DNA from: Bdellovibrionia bacterium
Lineage (GTDB): Bacteria; Bdellovibrionota; Bdellovibrionia; Bdellovibrionales; JAUICD01
DNA: 64,000 bases
Direction of reading: 5' to 3'
Assembly: GCA_030427965.1 (NCBI GenBank)
Contig: JAUICD010000010.1
Coordinates: forward strand, 16,854-80,853
Positions 48,086 through 58,102 of the stretch are shown here, piece by piece. Under the pieces are notes generated by a model. That model was not told the DNA's origin, did no database searches, and was given only the letters and a program-made list of their open reading frames with translations. How positions within the stretch are numbered: position 1 is the first letter of the stretch; each line of letters begins with the position of its first letter. Made by a program: the position numbers and the translations under genes.

Positions 48086-49078
48086 CTAAAGGAAGTTCTC
48101 TTTTAAATACTTGTATACGGCTTCTTCCCTGGCGGCAGTAGCGAGTAGATGATCGGCCACGTCATCATAATTTGCCTTACTTCGTTCTTTGCACACCCCA
48201 ACTGCAAGGGTTGCAAAGTTTCTCCACTCATCTGCAACGGCTTCCATTTGCTTGGATGCTTCAATAAGTGCCTTGTTGTTTAACTTTGTCCCACTTTCAT
48301 TGAGAAACCCTGCATACATATATCGAAAACCAGCTCCGCCTGTTCCGATCTCTTCTTGCATCCGTACGACACTTGCTAAGTAAAGGCGCGCACGTCTTTG
48401 TGAAAGAGCTTTTGGCCACTTACGAATGGATTTACTTAAAGACTTCATGGCTCTAATGCCAATAAAAGGCATGGGGACAAGCATTCGATTCACAGTTTCT
48501 CGAATGCCTTTTCTTACAACTTGTTCATAATCAAAGTCTTTGGAGTGGTTTTTTAAGTAATAAAGCATGCCTTTGGGGGCAAGTGGGCCTTTTGAAAACC
48601 TGGCCTTTTCTAGCGAGCGTGGAGGGCAGATTGCGGCTTCTTCAAGAAGGGGGTCACTTACAATGTAATCTGAGCCTTTTTTGTCGAGAATCAAAATATT
48701 GTGAGCGTTAAAGTGAAATCGAAACTTCTTTGGAATATAAGAAAGCCAATAGATATTTGTTTGTGCGCCAACCAAGATTTTCTTTTGGATCAAATTGTCC
48801 AATCTCTTTGCGCCCTTTTCCTTGGAGCGAAAGCGCTCCACGATATAGGTCACTCCAAGGCGTTGGCAGCATTTTTTGAATATGGTTCCAGGAAAGGATC
48901 GATAACTCACAAGCGGGTTTCCCATAACTTTGAGAAATGGAAGGTAAAAGAAAAAAAGGCCACTTCCAATTCCTAGAGCCATCGGTTCTGAAACCTTTAG
49001 TCCTTTTTCTTCAAATAAGATATTTGTGACCCCTGTTTCACAGTGTGCGGAAACATTTCTATTTTTATAGTCACTCAT
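48086..49078 (-). CDS. BtrH N-terminal / DUF4872 peptidase-like protein
   Basis: AHCETGV, SEPMALGIGSGL, HFNAHN, QEEIGTGGAGFR. Confidence 0.88.
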   Translation of the reverse strand: MSDYKNRNVSAHCETGVTNILFEEKGLKVSEPMALGIGSGLFFFYLPFLKVMGNPLVSYRSFPGTIFKKCCQRLGVTYIVERFRSKEKGAKRLDNLIQKKILVGAQTNIYWLSYIPKKFRFHFNAHNILILDKKGSDYIVSDPLLEEAAICPPRSLEKARFSKGPLAPKGMLYYLKNHSKDFDYEQVVRKGIRETVNRMLVPMPFIGIRAMKSLSKSIRKWPKALSQRRARLYLASVVRMQEEIGTGGAGFRYMYAGFLNESGTKLNNKALIEASKQMEAVADEWRNFATLAVGVCKERSKANYDDVADHLLATAAREEAVYKYLKENFL

Positions 49079-49481
49079 CGTAAAGACTCGGTGTTTGAAG
49101 CAAGTCATTTAAGCTGATTTCAAAATAGTCTGCGTATATTTGTTTTTTCTTATCACTTAAATTTTTAAAGATCTGAGGCTTGAGGTGCCGTTTGACAGTC
49201 CAAGTCCAGATACCTAAGTTTTGCGCAAGTAATTGCGGTGTGAGTAAGGCTTCCTCCATGTGGTAGGCAAGTGGACTGAGTTTGCCACCTTTGACTTTTT
49301 TGAGCGTGTCGATCAAGGATTCATTGATATCTTCCCAAGCACACCCTGTGGCAGCCTCTTCTACACTCCATCCTGTAGATTTGACTTTGATGATATTGCC
49401 GTCTTTGTCACGTGCGTAGCGGATCTTGTAGATGCCTTCATATCCCTGATCTAAATCTTGAGGGACTTGGTCGACTTTCAT
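49071..49481 (-). CDS. Conserved hypothetical protein of dar clusters
   Basis: MKVDQVPQD, S.GW, SPL.Y.M, VKRHLKP; overlaps both neighbouring genes. Confidence 0.75.
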   Translation of the reverse strand: MKVDQVPQDLDQGYEGIYKIRYARDKDGNIIKVKSTGWSVEEAATGCAWEDINESLIDTLKKVKGGKLSPLAYHMEEALLTPQLLAQNLGIWTWTVKRHLKPQIFKNLSDKKKQIYADYFEISLNDLLQTPSLYDE

Positions 49482-50620
49482 TGATTTCCAACAACTGTAA
49501 GATGCATGTAAGAAACCGAAAAGCGAGAGCTCTCAGGAATAAAACACAGGATTTTTTGCCCAGGTTTGAGTTCTTGAGATTCCAATAAGTCTTGCAGGTA
49601 AATAAAGATGGATGCAGCTCCAACATTTCCGCGTGTGCTGAGAGTTGTGAACCACTTTTCAAAAGGTATCGGGAAATCAATTTCTTCTAGATGAGAAAAA
49701 AGTTTTTTTCTAAAAAAATCAGAAGAATAGTGCGGGACAAACCAGTCAATGTCCCCAGGCTTTAATTCATGTTTTCGAATGGAGTCCACAAGTGCTTTGT
49801 TCACTGAGTAGTAGGTAATGTGTTTGTCGAGCAATTTGGTATTTTGAGAAATATTCATGATATTTTCAGATGCAAGACTATCTCTTTTGGAATCCACCCA
49901 ACTTCGAAACCCCTCTCCCTCGTTCATGAGGGCGCCAGCATACATACATGGCGGCAGCTCATTGGCATAAGAGGTCATGTCGATCCAATCCACTTTAAAA
50001 CTCAACCCACTCTCTTTAGGTTTGTTGGAAAGTAAGAATGCGCCTGCCCCATCTGAAAGCATCCATCTTAAAAACTCTTGTTCAAATTGAAAGCTTGGAT
50101 TCTTCTCAAGTTCGTCTACTCTTTCGCGGTCAAAGTTTTCGCCCTTCATAAATTTAGAGGGGGAGTCAGAGCCTGCAATAACGGCATTTTCTTTGTCCCC
50201 ACTTAAGAGCGAGAGATAGCCATATTTCATTGCAGCCATTGCTGAACAACAAACACCTGCTGTTGAGACAACTTCATATGCATGAGACCCCAATTCTCCA
50301 TGAACCATTGAGGCATGTGATGGCATGAGTTGGTCAGGGGTGCTGGTTCCACATGCGAGAAGCTCAAGGTTTTCTAACTCAAAATTGGCGCGTTTCAATA
50401 CATTTCGAACTGCGTGTGCTGTGAGCTCTGCATTGGAATGACTTGATTTGTTTGTCTTTGGATCAATAGCATAATGTCGACTTTTGATTCCGTTGCTTCT
50501 TAAGACAATTCTTTTAGCACGAGATGGCTTTCCATCAACAAAGCCTAAAAAGCTTTCCATATTGTCATTGTCGATGGGTTCTCCAGGTAGAAAGGAATCT
50601 ATTTCTGTGATGTAAACCAT
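49478..50620 (-). CDS. darB: DarB/StlD-family ketosynthase (KAS III-like)
   Basis: LRSNGIKSRHYA, QLMPSHASMVHG, GVCC (Cys), EFLRWMLSDGAG, PHYSS (His), GNVGAAS (Asn), PESSRFS. Confidence 0.9.
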   Translation of the reverse strand: MVYITEIDSFLPGEPIDNDNMESFLGFVDGKPSRAKRIVLRSNGIKSRHYAIDPKTNKSSHSNAELTAHAVRNVLKRANFELENLELLACGTSTPDQLMPSHASMVHGELGSHAYEVVSTAGVCCSAMAAMKYGYLSLLSGDKENAVIAGSDSPSKFMKGENFDRERVDELEKNPSFQFEQEFLRWMLSDGAGAFLLSNKPKESGLSFKVDWIDMTSYANELPPCMYAGALMNEGEGFRSWVDSKRDSLASENIMNISQNTKLLDKHITYYSVNKALVDSIRKHELKPGDIDWFVPHYSSDFFRKKLFSHLEEIDFPIPFEKWFTTLSTRGNVGAASIFIYLQDLLESQELKPGQKILCFIPESSRFSVSYMHLTVVGNQ

Positions 50621-50634
50621 AATCTCGCCCTCAA

Positions 50635-51528
50635 CTATTTTGCTTCCAATAAACCCTTATAGTAGCCGTTGAGTTTTGTTGCAACCAATGGACGAGTGAT
50701 TGCTGCAAAAAGCCCTGTGATGGGGAGTAAGAGTAAAATCAACAGAATCAAGTTCACTCGAAATCCGACAAGAAGCAGATCCCTCAGTAGGCTATCCTCT
50801 GGGCTGAGTCTTTCAATCAAGTTAGCCCAGGGTATGAAAAAACAAATACCAGTTTTTTCCATAAGGAGTGCAGCAAAAGATTGTTTGTGAGAAACTTGGG
50901 CAGTGGAAATACCATCTAAGCTGTATTCGTTTTGATCCAATGTTTTTCCAAACTCTTCGAGTATTAGGTATTCTTTTTCTGGAATTCCGGCTTCTGGAAA
51001 AAACCAAAATGCATTTTTGCGGCCTGTCAGCATCCAACGTGGAGTTGTTATGAAGGTTGCCCACTCTGGTGAGGTGTCTGTTAACGCTATGTTGCGAATT
51101 TTTGAAGCTCCGCATCCTATGATCAGTTGATTCATGGTTTTGACCCCTGAAATCCACATATTTCTTCCAGTAATGACGCCAAGCACGGATTTGTTTTTGA
51201 GAAACGAAGAGAACTCTGGGTTTTCAAAGAGTGCAAGGGTTGGAAGTGAGGGACTTAGAAACCATATTTGATATCCTATAACAACAAGGTCGTAATCCTT
51301 TTTAAAGATCTCTTTTGGAATGGGTTTTAATTTAGGTGGGCGACGGCAAATACACTTTGGGAATTGACGAAAAAAAGATGTGAACTTCCATGGAAAGGGG
51401 AAGCTTTCATCGGGCTTTATTCGAAATTCTGTTATTTCGACATCAGTGCTAAAGTTTTTTCTAAGACTATGAATAGCCTTATGCGTCTGCTCTGTCTGAG
51501 AGTAGTAAATGAACAATACCTTTTTCAA
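50635..51528 (-). CDS. darA: Dialkylresorcinol condensing enzyme
   Basis: KKVLFIYYSQT, FPFPW, YQIWFLSPS, RNMW, FITTPRWMLTG; GAGGA RBS before TTG 51528. Confidence 0.88.
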   Translation of the reverse strand: MKKVLFIYYSQTEQTHKAIHSLRKNFSTDVEITEFRIKPDESFPFPWKFTSFFRQFPKCICRRPPKLKPIPKEIFKKDYDLVVIGYQIWFLSPSLPTLALFENPEFSSFLKNKSVLGVITGRNMWISGVKTMNQLIIGCGASKIRNIALTDTSPEWATFITTPRWMLTGRKNAFWFFPEAGIPEKEYLILEEFGKTLDQNEYSLDGISTAQVSHKQSFAALLMEKTGICFFIPWANLIERLSPEDSLLRDLLLVGFRVNLILLILLLLPITGLFAAITRPLVATKLNGYYKGLLEAK

Positions 51529-51612
51529 AATCGTCCTCAAATCGATAGATAATTTTCATTGCTTCTTGTAGGGTCTGCGTGGACCTTTGGTTCTAATGAA
51601 ATAAGGAATGAA

Positions 51613-52794
51613 GTGGCAAGACAATTCATTGCCGGGATCGGCCAGATATCAAATTTAGGACGTAATGTTGAAGAGGCGAGGCGGGTGTTTCAAAACCCAT
51701 CGCTTGAGAATTTAGCAACTCTTCCATTGGGGCACTTAGAAAGTGCTGAGTTTCCGTATGAGGAAAAAATGTTTCCGGTATTGAGTGCTGAGTTAAACCC
51801 TCTTAAGGGGGCGTTGTCACTTGCAAATAGAATGGCATTGAAAGCAGCAACTGAAGCTGTGGAATCTTCTGGTTTGGAACCCAATGACTTCTCTAGTTTG
51901 AGAGTTGGTGTTTGTGTCGGCTCCACTGGTGCTGCAACTGTATCCAACCATGCGTTTTCTGTTCGCCACAACGGTGGTGCGGAAACAGATTTTTCACCCT
52001 TTACTTTGTCGACTTTAAATAATCCCGCACAGTTGATAGCAAGTCATTTTGGTGTTACTGGGCCAATCAGCACAATCGACAACGCGTGTACATCTGGAAC
52101 AGATGCCATTGGCCAAGGGTATGAGTGGTTGATGAGAGACAAGTGTGACCTTGTTATTGTCGGTGGCACGGATACGGTTCTAGAGAACATCTATTTCGGA
52201 TTTCGTTCATTGGATCTACTTGCTAAGACAGAGTCACGTCCTTTTGACAAAGATCGATCAGGGCTGGTGCTTGGCAATGCGGCTGGCTTTTTGGTTTTAG
52301 GGAAAGAAGGGTGTCTTCCTGAAGAAAGTTGGAAGGCAGAGGTTGTCGGATTTGGAATGGGTGGAGATGCACATCACTCAACGACACCTCACCCACATGC
52401 GCGAGGGTTGAGTCTTGCCGTAAACACAGCACTCAAAGATATTAAAAAAGAAAGCGTGAGTCTTATCAACGCACATGGCACCGGGACATTGAACAACGAT
52501 GAAATTGAGGGTCGGTACTTGATACAAAACTTTCCAAGCGCCAAGGTTTTTGGAACCAAAGGATACACAGGTCACACACTTGGCGCAGCCGGGGCTCTTG
52601 AAGCGATTTGGGGAGTGATCTGTTTCCAAGATGGGGTTGTGCCAAAGACGCTTGGGTTTGAAAATGTAGATACAGAAATCACTTTGACTCCAACTTCGGA
52701 AAAAATCCCTTTTGATGACGAGTATTTTCTTTCAACGTCACTTGGGTTTGGCGGTGTGAACTCCGCACTTCTTTTAAGAAGAGGTGAAGCATGA
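51613..52794 (+). CDS. Beta-ketoacyl-ACP synthase (FabF/FabB-like)
   Basis: NACTSG (Cys), NAHGTGT (His), KGYTGHTLGAAG (His), GFGG; AAGGA RBS before GTG 51613. Confidence 0.92.
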   Translation: MARQFIAGIGQISNLGRNVEEARRVFQNPSLENLATLPLGHLESAEFPYEEKMFPVLSAELNPLKGALSLANRMALKAATEAVESSGLEPNDFSSLRVGVCVGSTGAATVSNHAFSVRHNGGAETDFSPFTLSTLNNPAQLIASHFGVTGPISTIDNACTSGTDAIGQGYEWLMRDKCDLVIVGGTDTVLENIYFGFRSLDLLAKTESRPFDKDRSGLVLGNAAGFLVLGKEGCLPEESWKAEVVGFGMGGDAHHSTTPHPHARGLSLAVNTALKDIKKESVSLINAHGTGTLNNDEIEGRYLIQNFPSAKVFGTKGYTGHTLGAAGALEAIWGVICFQDGVVPKTLGFENVDTEITLTPTSEKIPFDDEYFLSTSLGFGGVNSALLLRRGEA

Positions 52795-53834
52795 GCGTGT
52801 CTGTTCTTGGGACAAGTGTGATCAGTTGTCATGGTGTAGGGGTGAGTTCTCTTTTTGATAAGATTGAATCCGGGGAAATGCGCCCTAGAAAGACCTATAA
52901 TTACAACAACTTCAGTTTGGAGTTAGACGACTATTCTCTTCCAGATTTTGAGCTGTCTGTACCTGTGAGCAAAGCAGTTGCTCGAAGACTCGGGTCATTT
53001 TCAAAAATTTGTTTCGAAGCAATTCTTCAAGCCATGCAAGATGCTGAATTTGAGATTGAGAATGGGGCCCGAGTTGGTATTGTTATCGGAACAGCTTATG
53101 GCCCTTCTGAGATAAACAATCAAATGTTTTCAAAATATGCAAAATATGGAAGTGCGGGAGCCTCTCCTGTCTTGTTTTCCAATTCCGTGCACAATACGGC
53201 AGCTTCGTTTATTTCACAAAGTCTTGGTGTAACCGGGCCTGTAACAACAATCGTAAACAATGAGCTAAGCTTGGCAGATGCTATCCAAACGGCAGAAAAT
53301 TGGATAGATTTGGGGCATGTAGATGCAGTTCTGTTAGCTGTTGGTGATGAATTGAGTACAACTCACATCGACGCTCTTTGTGTAAATTCCAAATCAAAGA
53401 AAATCTTCCATAACCCCTATGCCAAGGAAACTGTTTCTCCAGGTGGTGGAGTGGGAGCTTTTGTTCTCTCGCGTGGTGGGGAAAGTGATATCAATTTGGT
53501 TGCAAGAATTGGATGTAAAACTGAGGAATTACCTCAAGAGATTGTTTTTGATTTAAAGGGGGATCGATCCACTTATGACCTTTCAAGGAAACTCTTTCAG
53601 TCACATCGCATTTTAAACTATTCCAATGGATATGGATACTTTCTCACAAGTGGTGCTTTGGATTTGGCACTTGCCATAGAGGGAGCAAGGCGAAAGCGTT
53701 ATTGTAAAAATGGATTTCAAGAGATTTCTGATAAATGGGAAAATGCTGTTGATGAAATGGAATTTAAAAATGAAATCAGCTTGGTGCAATTGACCCCGTT
53801 TTCTCAAATCTCTGAAATCCAAGTGACATCTTAG
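52791..53834 (+). CDS. Chain-length-factor-like ketosynthase (catalytic Cys absent)
   Basis: ASPVLFSNSVHN; NNELS in place of ACSS; ATGA overlap with the KS gene. Confidence 0.8.
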   Translation: MSVSVLGTSVISCHGVGVSSLFDKIESGEMRPRKTYNYNNFSLELDDYSLPDFELSVPVSKAVARRLGSFSKICFEAILQAMQDAEFEIENGARVGIVIGTAYGPSEINNQMFSKYAKYGSAGASPVLFSNSVHNTAASFISQSLGVTGPVTTIVNNELSLADAIQTAENWIDLGHVDAVLLAVGDELSTTHIDALCVNSKSKKIFHNPYAKETVSPGGGVGAFVLSRGGESDINLVARIGCKTEELPQEIVFDLKGDRSTYDLSRKLFQSHRILNYSNGYGYFLTSGALDLALAIEGARRKRYCKNGFQEISDKWENAVDEMEFKNEISLVQLTPFSQISEIQVTS

Positions 53835-53875
53835 GTTTGTATTTATTTATGTGTTGTGATGTCAGTTTAGAGATC

Positions 53876-54943
53876 TTAGGGGCTTAACAGTTTTTTAAGT
53901 CGCTGAAATGCAGGCTTTGTTTTGAGATCGTCCTTTAGAATCCCCCATTTCTCTGGAATATTTGGATCATCATGGAGCTCGTAGATGACTGCCATATTGA
54001 CCCAACCAAGGTTGGAGAGATACTGAGTGGATTCCTCTAGGTACTGTGCTTGTTTGCCATTTCCCACTTCGTTTGAACGATAGCCATATTCAGTTAAAAA
54101 GAACGGCATTCCAAATAAACCGGATTTTTCAAGAATTTGTTGAATTCCGTCTTTGACTACTACATCTCCAAGCTTTACGCCTTCCATCTTTTCAATAAAC
54201 TTATTGTGATCACTTCCGTAGGCGTGTTGGGTGAGCACATCCAAATGATCATCGCCATCACTGCTTTTGAGTTCCTTTAAAAAATCCAGTGGGTCGATTC
54301 GAGCGCTCGACCCTAAAAATGCCAACTCAGGTCCCCCAACTAGGTTGTTGGGGTCAAGTTGGTGGATGATACGAGAAGCGGGTTTAAGAAGAATTTCAAT
54401 ATAGTCATTTGTTGATCCAACCCAGAACCTTTCTAAATTGGGCTCATTCCAAATTCCCCACAAAGAAACAGAGTCCTGATATCGACTGACGGCTCGTTTT
54501 ACAAAATCTTCCCAGGCACGTAAGTTTGGCACTCCATTGGGATCTCCATTGGAGCTGGCCCAACTAGGTGTCATGGATATTGAGGCCATAATTTTAAATT
54601 CTTTATCAATAGCTTCTTTGATTGCTGCATCCATGAATGTCCAGTTTAGATTGTCGTCTGAGGTTTCAATCATTGCCCATGGGATATCAAACCGAATCCA
54701 CTTAGCACCCATCTCCCTCATCAAACGAATCCCATCTCCAGAGTGGATATGCGCATTGACTCCGATTTCTATAATAGAAGCTTGAGTTGTTGTTGTAATG
54801 GTAAGTGTGGTGGTCACAGTTGTTGTGGTAGAGCTTGTTGTGGGTTCTTCTTGTTTCTTTCCACTTTTCTGTGGCTTTAATGTATCAAATGCTTTGCAGG
54901 AAATGAGTGTAATTGGAAGTAATAAGAACCAGAAACGTTTCAT
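53876..54943 (-). CDS. Clan GH-A glycoside hydrolase lipoprotein (GH5/GH39-like) with Thr-rich linker
   Basis: Lipobox LISC; WNEPN (acid/base Glu), LTEYG (nucleophile Glu), HAY. Confidence 0.85.
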   Translation of the reverse strand: MKRFWFLLLPITLISCKAFDTLKPQKSGKKQEEPTTSSTTTTVTTTLTITTTTQASIIEIGVNAHIHSGDGIRLMREMGAKWIRFDIPWAMIETSDDNLNWTFMDAAIKEAIDKEFKIMASISMTPSWASSNGDPNGVPNLRAWEDFVKRAVSRYQDSVSLWGIWNEPNLERFWVGSTNDYIEILLKPASRIIHQLDPNNLVGGPELAFLGSSARIDPLDFLKELKSSDGDDHLDVLTQHAYGSDHNKFIEKMEGVKLGDVVVKDGIQQILEKSGLFGMPFFLTEYGYRSNEVGNGKQAQYLEESTQYLSNLGWVNMAVIYELHDDPNIPEKWGILKDDLKTKPAFQRLKKLLSP

Positions 54944-55064
54944 ATAAATAGAGTATACTTTAGAATGATTCTTTCGGAGTATCAATTGCCCTGAATACCG
55001 ACCTTTTTAAGACTGAGATTCAGGGCGAAAGACTGGAGTCAACTGGAGGAGTTGTCAATAAACC

Positions 55065-55913
55065 CTATAAAAGAGACTTGGGTTCTTGGGTGGCTTCGTA
55101 GAGAAGTTCATTCTTTTCATTTATGAACTCTATTTTCATAAGCTCAGGTGATGTGGTGAGCTTCACAAAACCAAGTGATGAAATTGCAAACTGACATTTT
55201 TTCTTTCGACACTTCACTTTTTTCACAGAAGCTCCTGCGCCAGAAACAATCTGTCGAAACTTTCTTTTCTTCTTGTTTTTTTGCTTTATAAATCCTTCGT
55301 CAGCAAGATTGTGATCATGGCCTGAAAGATAAAGATCTGTGTGTTTGGCTAATAGAGGTTTTAAAAAAGATTTGAAAACATGTAGTGTATCACCATGTTT
55401 TCCTGAAGAGCGAACAGCATGGTGTCCACTAACAAAGCGCCATGAGCATTTAGAAAGTTTTTTAAGATTTTTTTTGATCCATTTCTTTTGAGAAGAGCCT
55501 AAGAGTATTTGACCTGTATCAATCGTCATAAGACAGACATCCTCAATTTGGGTGAGATAATATCTGTTGGGTAAAAAATAAAAGTTATTTGAAGCGGCAT
55601 ATTCCAATTGTGCTAAAATTGATCCACGATAATCGTGATTTCCAAGTGCAATATAAAAGACAGCGCCGGATTCAATAAGGGATTTGTAGGGGGCTTCAAA
55701 TTTTGTTTTCCATTGAGGGTCGTCTGGTGAAGAAACCCCATCTTCATAAATGATGTCCCCAGTTGCGATGATATTTTTGCAACCCTCTTTGAACATGGCT
55801 TCTCCAACAAGGTACTGCCCTTCGTTACCCTTTCCCATATCACCAACAACACAGATTTCAGCAGCCTCTGCAGTGTGGAACAGTAGACTCACAAGTAGTG
55901 CCAGTACTTTCAC
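55065..55913 (-). CDS. Secreted metallophosphoesterase (purple acid phosphatase-like)
   Basis: GDMG, GDIIY, GNHD, GHH, GHDH. Confidence 0.9.
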   Translation of the reverse strand: MKVLALLVSLLFHTAEAAEICVVGDMGKGNEGQYLVGEAMFKEGCKNIIATGDIIYEDGVSSPDDPQWKTKFEAPYKSLIESGAVFYIALGNHDYRGSILAQLEYAASNNFYFLPNRYYLTQIEDVCLMTIDTGQILLGSSQKKWIKKNLKKLSKCSWRFVSGHHAVRSSGKHGDTLHVFKSFLKPLLAKHTDLYLSGHDHNLADEGFIKQKNKKKRKFRQIVSGAGASVKKVKCRKKKCQFAISSLGFVKLTTSPELMKIEFINEKNELLYEATQEPKSLL

Positions 55914-56110
55914 TTGCTTCCCCTCTCCTTGAATTTATTTTCAGCCAGAGCATGCACTTGTGTTTTAGAAAAGAAAAGTGGAAAAATAGAGAGGAAGTGC
56001 TGGCTGATTTTTTTCAAATAAAACGCAAGCTTAGCCCCCTCGAGGTATATCAGGCAATCTGACTCTTGTTGTCAAATGCTATGTAGAGCTAGTGTAAATC
56101 TAGTTCTATA

Positions 56111-56157
56111 TCATTTTGAAACAGTTTTATTCATTTTGAATGGATACAATCCGATAT
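56111..56157 (+). promoter_or_regulatory. Direct repeat plus sigma-28-like promoter
   Basis: TCATTTTGAA at 56111 and 56131; TCAT-N15-TCCGATAT. Confidence 0.35.
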
Positions 56158-56166
56158 AGAGTTTGT

Positions 56167-56643
56167 ATGAAGCAAATTCCAAATTGGAAAAAATCAGTTG
56201 TAGCTCTCTCATTAACCTTAATGGGAACCCTTGTTTTTTTTCAAAATGCCGTACAGATGAAGAGAGATGATTACACGGCATGGGGAAAGGCACTAGAAAA
56301 AGTGGATGAAAAATTAGCCGAAACCCACCTTGTGTGCCAGTCACTAGATCCAGAGTGGGACTTCAAGTTGGAAATTCATGAAGGGGAGCTTGGAAGTGTA
56401 GCCAATCTGGCTTTTCGAGATTCTGATACTCCACTAAATTGGACAAAAAACCTTCGTAAAGAACTACTTCCAGATGGAAGTGTGTCTTACTCAGATGGTG
56501 ATCTAAGTCTTCTTGTTTATTCCATTTCAAAGTTTCAGGGAGAAGTGGATCAGCTTCAAGCAAGATCGGTTGCAAATTTTAGATACAACTCTTCAAGCCT
56601 TTTGATCGACAGTTCTTTGGATTGCTTCCTTCAATCTCGTTGA
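56167..56643 (+). CDS. Hypothetical exported protein
   Basis: Basic N-terminus, hydrophobic core ending FFQNA; Cys pair. Confidence 0.7.
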   Translation: MKQIPNWKKSVVALSLTLMGTLVFFQNAVQMKRDDYTAWGKALEKVDEKLAETHLVCQSLDPEWDFKLEIHEGELGSVANLAFRDSDTPLNWTKNLRKELLPDGSVSYSDGDLSLLVYSISKFQGEVDQLQARSVANFRYNSSSLLIDSSLDCFLQSR

Positions 56644-58026
56644 AGGGGTGCCTGAAATAATATTCCAATAAGAAGAAAGGTCCATCTTGATCTCCATTTT
56701 CTTAAGAAGTGAAAATATACCGCCGAGTTTTCTATGTAGAAAAACAAGGTGTCTTGGAGGAGGTGTGTACTTGATGGATTTGATAAAGTCAAAAGTGAGT
56801 TTTTGAGTTTCTCTTCGGTAATCTTTGTCTGAAAAATCAAAGGGCTGCTGATCTTTATCAAATGGAAGAATAGAAATTTCCATCATTTTTAAAAAGCGAT
56901 CAAAGGACTCTGGAGATTCTTTTTCAGAAATCAAATCAAATTGAATGGCTCGCTCAAAAAGATCTGATTTTTTTCCAGAAGTAAGTGTTCGTAGAAGAGC
57001 GCTATACTCTTCAATAAACTCTTTTGAGTATTCGATGGTGGCTCCGAAATCTAAAAGAACAAGTTGCCCTGTATTAGAATTGATTTTGAAATTTCCTAAA
57101 TTTGGATCTGTTTGTACAAATCCGTTTTCGTAAAATTCAATACAAAAGAGATCCAAAATATTCTTCGCAAGCCTTTCTTTTTCTTCTTGAGGAGGGTTGG
57201 TTTCAAGCCAATTTGCAATAGGGATACCTTCGACGTAGCTCATTGTAATAACACGTTGATTTGAGTATTCTGGAATTGGGCGAGGCAGAACAAAGCGGTT
57301 GTCTTTTTTTAAAAAATCAGCATAACGAGTCATGTTTGTGATTTCTTTGTTGTAGTCAGTTTCATTTTTAAGAATGATTTTAAGTTCTTCAAAGAACTCG
57401 TGGAGTTCGGCTTTTTTGCCAGAGATTTTTGTGAAAGAACTGGCAAGGAAACGAAGTGCATTGATATCACTGTCGACAGTTTCAGAAACTCCGGGGTACT
57501 GAACCTTTGTTACAATCTTTTGATTTTCAAGGCTTCCTAAGTAAACCTGTCCAATGCTTGCTGCTGCAAAACTTTTGGACTCCAGTGCAAGTCGCTCAAA
57601 TTTCTCACTTCCCAGCTCGGTTTTGATGAATTCCAACATTGTGACGTCATCTACAGGCTGTACTTTATCAAAAAGTTCATAGAGTATTTTTTGTAGATCT
57701 TCAGGTATCCAGTCCTGCGCTTCAAGGGCAAGCATTTGTCCAGCCTTAAGCGCGCTTCCTTTGAGCTCGCCAAGGGTCTTTGTGAGAGCTTTGATCTGTT
57801 CTGTGCGAATTCGCCCTTTGAGAGATTCAATTTTATCAATTTGATTTGAAAACTTGGATTTGAGTCGATGATTGGCTTCAGAGCGTGCCACTCCAAATCC
57901 AGTCTTTAACAACTTTCCGGCTCTTTGAAAAGCAGACTTTGGTGGTGGTTTGTTGTTCTCTGAAGAGCTGATAAGATCCTCTCGTTCACTAGATAAAACG
58001 TCAATTGGTTCTAAGGAATCTATCAT
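56593..58026 (-). CDS. AarF/ABC1/UbiB-family atypical kinase
   Basis: LKGSALKAGQ, FAAASIGQV, KVQYPGV, QTDPNLGN, LLDFG; start uncertain. Confidence 0.92.
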   Translation of the reverse strand: MIDSLEPIDVLSSEREDLISSSENNKPPPKSAFQRAGKLLKTGFGVARSEANHRLKSKFSNQIDKIESLKGRIRTEQIKALTKTLGELKGSALKAGQMLALEAQDWIPEDLQKILYELFDKVQPVDDVTMLEFIKTELGSEKFERLALESKSFAAASIGQVYLGSLENQKIVTKVQYPGVSETVDSDINALRFLASSFTKISGKKAELHEFFEELKIILKNETDYNKEITNMTRYADFLKKDNRFVLPRPIPEYSNQRVITMSYVEGIPIANWLETNPPQEEKERLAKNILDLFCIEFYENGFVQTDPNLGNFKINSNTGQLVLLDFGATIEYSKEFIEEYSALLRTLTSGKKSDLFERAIQFDLISEKESPESFDRFLKMMEISILPFDKDQQPFDFSDKDYRRETQKLTFDFIKSIKYTPPPRHLVFLHRKLGGIFSLLKKMEIKMDLSSYWNIISGTPSTRLKEAIQRTVDQKA

Positions 58027-58048
58027 AGAATGAGGAATTGGGGAAAAC

Positions 58049-58080
58049 AAAAAAAAGCTCCCTCAATGAGAGGGAGCTTT
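58049..58080 (-). terminator. Rho-independent terminator of the 58103-59518 gene
   Basis: AAAGCTCCCTC-loop-GAGGGAGCTTT followed by a T run on the minus strand. Confidence 0.85.
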
Positions 58081-58102
58081 GAGGTTTTCTTGTAGGAAAA
58101 AA

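Noticed and set aside
56593-56643. 51-nt tail-to-tail overlap between the UbiB-family gene and its neighbour
   Set aside because: Convergent overlaps are common in this compact genome (also 28369-28374 and 31332-31338); no evidence of function
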